DNA of 64,000 bases, from contig JAYWIR010000027.1 in assembly GCA_036172245.1 (NCBI GenBank), positions 1,984,001 through 2,048,000 on the forward strand, written 5' to 3'. A program made the translations under genes and the position numbers. The notes under the pieces were generated by a model. It was not told the DNA's origin. It worked only from the letters and a program-made list of their open reading frames with translations, and did no database searches. Below are positions 58,679 to 64,000 of the stretch, in pieces; the stretch's first letter is position 1; every line of letters starts with the position of its first letter. The stretch is from Raillietiella orientalis. Taxonomy: Eukaryota.

Positions 58679-61559
58679 TCGGAGACAAACAGGGCGGAGC
58701 GCCTCCTTCTGAGTTCCCCTCCCAAGCGTAATAAGAGCGGACTCCTTTCTCAGGAGCCTTTTTGGATTCGTAGGGTGGTCCCCTGCCGAGAGTCAGTGGT
58801 GCCCCTGGCCTGAAGAGTCAACTCCTCAGGTCAGGGCAATACCCATCCACACGGTACTCTCGGGTGGCATGGACAGCGTTAAAGAGCTCGTGAGCTCTCA
58901 GACTCTTTGAGTGATCAGCGAACCGAAACAGAAGAAAATCCGGGAAAAAAAAAAGCTGGAAGAGCCTTCTGCCGAGAGCGGGGGGGGGGGGGGGGGGCTC
59001 GTGGGGATACAGGACACACGCTTGACATTCTGGATGCCCCTGCGCCGAAGTGCCGTTCTTGGCGAATGGATGTTGGTGAGGAGGAGGCAACAGCGGCTGC
59101 AGTCCGGAGTGTGGAATCGTAGAATGACGGAGCATCCCAGGAGGAGCACCGAACTCTCGGCCGCGCCGCTCTGCTTTCGCAGAGCCGTTGACCCCAGGGG
59201 AAGCTTCCTCAACTTATCTCTGTGGAGCACGGTTCACCCGGTGGAAGCAAGCGAGCAGGTCCGCTGCTGCCATGCCAACTTCTGCGCAATGGCAGCAGGA
59301 GCCCGTCGACAGCGTGGGCGACGCCGGCGAGGGCTCCTGCAGGACATTCTGCTGCGGCCTGAGCGCCCCCGGGATCACAGCGCGCCTCTCGAGATGACGA
59401 ATGATCTCGAGAAGCGGATGCACGCATCCGCCTCAGAACACTCGGCGGTGGCAGCTGCGCTACCCTCCCGGAGGTAAAGAAACGGCAGCAGGAGGGAGTT
59501 CGCGAGCGCCATCGTCGGCGTCCCGCACGCCGGCGGCCGTGTGGAGGCGACTGCCGCGTGCAGCACCTGGTATCCCGCAAATTCGGATCCCCGGGAAGAC
59601 GACGTCGAGAATGGACGCGTCGTGGGTCCCTAGTGCCTTCCTCCCTCTCCTTCCGCAAAATGACTCTGGGATGACTGCGAACGCTCAATGGAGACCGGAT
59701 GTCCTCGCTGACTAGCCAGAATTGGGGCTTCTCCCCAAATGAGTCACACATACCCTCGATTGAGGTGACTGTGAAAAGAACCCATGTGTCGGCATCGCCG
59801 AGTCGCTCCCATACCCCTAGGGGGTGGAAAGTATTTAGCTAACTAAAAAAAAAAAACAACGCTGAAAGGAAATATCGCGACAGGATTCCATCGTCTTCGA
59901 GGAATGGATGACAGCGCAGCGGGACGAGATGATCGCTAAGAAGCAGGCGCAAGGAAGCGTGACCATGAGGACTCCTTGGAACTCACTTTCAGAGTAACCC
60001 TGCTCTCCCTCCCTCGTTTCTGGACAATTTTGTGCTTCCCCACAGAATTCAGCAGGCGACGTCGCTCTTCCTGCACACCGGAGACTCATAAGCCACAGGA
60101 GTTGTCGCCGACTGCCGGGACGAAATTTTTCCCAGAAACGTGCGTGGAGCGGATCGGAAGGACCTACTTTCCACCTCCTCCCGGACCGAAGGGTGGGAAC
60201 GCATCGCAAGGGACCGTTCCCTCCCGGATGAGAGCCCGGAGACCCCATGCTGGTTCCAGATGGACACACGCCGGCTGCAGCAGCAGTTAGTTGCTTTCTT
60301 GTGCTCCGTCAGCGTCACCGAGGAAGCTCGTGTTGCGGAGCAACTATGCGAGCAGCCGAGTGGGAATGATCCCGAATGCGCAGGAGAGGAAGGTAGTCCC
60401 ATTCCTTTTACAAACGCGAGGGAGAGCACGCCCACCTCGTGCAAGGCCAGAGTGCGAAAGGGACTGGAGATCGGTCGCCACTCCTTGCTTCCCACTCGCA
60501 ACTCCAGACCTCTGCGCCCCAGAGCGTGAAGGGCAATACGCATCCACCTGTATGATCCCAGTAGTAATCCCGTTCCCACTGTGTACGCTCACTTGTATTT
60601 TACAAAGAATCGCCTCGGCACGACCGGATAACGAACCTCGCCTACGCTCCCTCCCAACAGAGGCCCACCATGCGGCTTGAACCCTATGGGTCAATAACAG
60701 ACGAATGGATCAGTTATTTGTTCGCCCACTTACTTAGTGCAGACGATTGGTCCAGTGCATGCGAGATGAGAAGACAGCAACTCGTCAGAAAGGTCGCTGT
60801 GTTCCAGTGAAAGGACAGAGCACATTCCCACGGGTTTCACGTCGTCCCCGTGAAGCAGATTCGCCTTCGGTGCGAGGTTGTGCACTTCTGTACAATTAGC
60901 TGCACCTTGCTATGACGAAAGTGGAACGGACGTCTCACCGAGATGGAAAACTAGCCGTCTCTCCCTTGAAAGCCTACGGCCACAGAGAGACCATTATCAT
61001 CTCCCGAAAGACAAGTGTCTGAACATGATCCCAAAGAGCAACCGATGGGGTAATTAGAGCCAGGCCCGTTTCCATCAAGTTGGCAATGCTGAACCAACAT
61101 CAACCCTCTATGGGCCCGTGTCACCTTTGAAGTCACGTGCTCACATATAGATATCTTATTGATGCGTTTATTTTTTTTTGCGCAAGGTGGCATGCTCATC
61201 TTGTTGTATAACGTCTCCTTGGTAACCAACAGCAGTCTTGGTGACGGATGTCAACTCGAACCCGAGATATCGAGGTAAATGCTTTTGCGAGTTGCCTTTA
61301 GATAAAAGTTGTGTGAACCATCCTGTGCAGCTGTCATCATTTTTTGTTCCATCGTCATAACAAGAAAGAGTCTACGTAATGGCTCTTGGTTTGTGTATCA
61401 ATAATCTCTCATTTGTTTGCATTTAAGCAACCATTTTGTTGTTATTTTCACGTGATAAAGCTTTGTGACTTTCAAGTCACAATGAGCTATGATGGTAGGA
61501 TTCGGTGTTTGCGATGACGCCTGTTTTTTTTTTTTTAGTTTTACATGAATACCAAAGCA

Positions 61560-61910
61560 TAGAAAAATAAAATAGTAGTAAGAATAAGAAGAAGCGTTAG
61601 CAGTATTGGATCCGTGGATTCTTCATTAGAATCTGACTCGGACGAAGATCGGCCGACAGAGCTTACCCGACGACGTATAAATGTTATTGATAGGGACGAT
61701 GAATTTAGTGGGGAATCATCATCAGATGACAAAAATTTCAAATCACAAAAAATTTCTTGGCAATCAGTATCCCATCCGAAAAACAGTCTTCATCTTCCTT
61801 GGAAAGGAAATTGTCCTGAAGATCCTGAAGCACCCTACTCTCCTACGACCCATTTCCGAAAATTATTCGGTGACGAAATTATAAGTAACCAGTACGCAAA
61901 AAAAAACTAC
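61560..61910 (+). pseudogene. piggyBac-like transposase N-terminal fragment
   Basis: Acidic leader (ESDSDED...SGESSSDD) followed by W...PYSPTTHFRKLFGDEII(deletion)SNQYA, resembling the PGBD 'P..F..FF.DE....I...TN.YA' motif. No DDD core and no TIR found. Confidence 0.6.
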
Positions 61911-62461
61911 CGTGAACGCAAAATTACTACCGTGATACCCGCGGCTTCGCAGGGGAAATACGGAGGACCTCGGAGTCTCTCCATGTAAGGAACGTTGGGA
62001 TTTGTCGCTGATGCTGCCGCTTTCTGTCTTCTTCCGGGAGTGAACGGAGGTTTCGCAAACAGGACCCAAAAGTCAGCGCGTGCTGTTGGAAACAACCACT
62101 CACTGCTTCACGAGAAACCTTACCCCCAGGGCAATACGACTACATCTTACATGGTGGTCCGAACCGTAAAAATGGGATTCGCCGTGCAGCGAACAGTGCG
62201 CTGCTCTGAGGGCGTTCTAGAATTTAATGGACAATTTAAAAATCTACAATGAAAAATAGATTTATTTCTACATACATTTATATTTCATTTTAATACTTTA
62301 ATATGGTGACAGTGAAAGGAGCTTGTAAGCACAATCACATCAGGATAAATAACGAGACGATCAAATACGATGCAAGCTTTTCACAAATGCGTAATGGTCA
62401 ATGTCACCTAACGATCACGTGAAACCTACATGGAAATAATGTTACGAAAATGTTCCGCCTC

Positions 62462-64000
62462 TTAATGTTGACTAGCATCATTTTCGAATTCACTAAAAGC
62501 ATCATTAAGTTCCATGAAAATCAGTTTTGCAATTGTCTCATTCGGTCCACCTAGCTGTTTATCTGGATGAACAGCTAAGCAAGCTTTACGGTAAAAGCGT
62601 TTTACATCCGCATCTGTCAATAACTGATGCATGCCAACATTGGACCATTTGTCACAGCCATCCCATAACACGGTGTGCAAGCTGCACAGCAAGGCCCGGA
62701 TGTTCTTCCGCTTGCCTTCAATCCACTCAGCTACCTGTTGGGGAACATAGAAAGGCTCAATGTAAGGGAAAATAGACCTTCAGTTGATCCGGATCCATTT
62801 CTTTTGCCAAAACCTCCCGGCGCATCTCGTTAATATTTCTAGGAGCAGTGTCTTTTCTGGCGTTGGCAAAACCATCTCCCAACAGGTCTCCAAAAGCATC
62901 GCTATCCAGACGTGGCCTAACCAGATTAGCACCACTCTGCGGGATACCATGTAAAGAGTGGTTGCTGGACTGCATCTGTGAAGACTCTTTTGAGTTGCCT
63001 TTGTGTTTCCTCAACTTGCCTGAGGAAAACACTCGGAAGTACTGCTTTTTGTAGACAGAGGAACCATATTCTCTTTGATATTACCGAAGCTTGCTAAAGA
63101 GTCTGAGAGAACATCCTACCTCATGGAGCATGAATATCTTACCAAGATCAGCCAAAGGATCAGGCTTATTTCTGACTGAGTCCAAATTAGGAGTACTAGA
63201 ATTCCTGATCAGTGGTCGCGAATTCACACCAGTTGGACCTAAGCCAAGTAGCAAGTCGGTATTTTGTGGAACACTTTTAGAATGATTGAAAGAACTGAAA
63301 TTGCTGGCACTAGCAGAGTGTGTAATGAGGGGAACTGAAGGGAATAGAAGCGTGGTATTATTTTGGAATCCTTCAGAAAAATTGAAGCTTTCCAAGAGAT
63401 CCACATTAGACAAAGATTTCTTGAGAGGGAAATCAGTAAGCAGGTCTGCACGAGAGGAACTACTGCCGCTTAAATTTAGTAAATCACCAACTTCTGAACT
63501 GGGAAAAACTGTTGGAGAAGATTTACTGGGGCAGCTAGGATCTTCTTGAGAACTACCATGATCACCTAAAATCTGGAAACCACAACACTGATTTTTCCAG
63601 CCCTTCAGGCTTGCCTTAATCTGCTCTCTTTCAGCATACACACTGGAAGCATCCACCACATCGTCTCGAAAAGCTGCCTTATCCTTCAAATCATCATACT
63701 TTGGGCATGTCCTTACCATCAAAATTTCGAATCATCTCTTCCATCTCTTGATGAGAACTGAAAGCCACTTCAGCAGTAACATCTCTATGATCTTCAATCC
63801 ATGGTTCCTTAATTTTACTTTTCTGATTCCTTTCACCATTGAGAATTTCCAGTTTAATTTGGAAGTTTTTGGGGAAACGATCAGGTTCGCGAACTTCATC
63901 TAAATCCGCAAGGCTGAAGCACAGGTGGTCTTCTTGAACTAAGAATCCAGTATGAAGCTGTAGCTGGAACATTTTGATGGTCTGAAGTCCAGGAAATCCC
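62462..64000 (-). CDS. GAK: Auxilin / cyclin-G-associated kinase, C-terminal part (end of the C2 domain, clathrin-binding region, J domain); 5' part lies off the right edge
   Basis: Exons 63717-~64000 ([10 protein letters not shown]..., tensin-type C2), 63143-63565 (several DLL motifs), 62778-63019 (...KEMDPDQLK), 62462-62734 ([22 protein letters not shown]...[12 protein letters not shown]...IFMELNDAF). AATAAA on minus at 62261-62266. Confidence 0.95.

Overview
Eukaryotic (animal, probably invertebrate) genomic DNA with spliced genes; most long GC-rich ORFs in the track are shadow ORFs. From left to right: (1) the 5' half of a divergent membrane adenylyl cyclase (minus strand, 10 exons, runs off the left edge). 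(2) A complete inositol monophosphatase gene (minus, 6 exons) in a sharply bounded AT-rich block. (3) A GC-rich, repeat-dense block (about 23-61 kb) with a tRNA-headed SINE family and clusters of 5'-truncated L1/Tx1-like LINE ends. (4) The 3' end of an auxilin/GAK gene (minus). The main discovery is at 31.2-52.5 kb, a nested inverted repeat (A-V1-B-spacer-B'-V2-A') holding two tail-to-tail copies of a 9-exon gene that no single ORF in the track shows. It encodes a 406-aa secreted pepsin-fold protein that has lost both catalytic DTG motifs. The copies are essentially identical over about 7 kb of exons, introns and upstream DNA. They differ in exon 5, where 13 of 17 consecutive codons change amino acid in a segment that lines the pepsin substrate cleft, and in the adjoining intron. 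This looks like a pair of pseudo-protease binding proteins homogenised by gene conversion except at one specificity cassette. All alignments were done by eye; no database searches were run.
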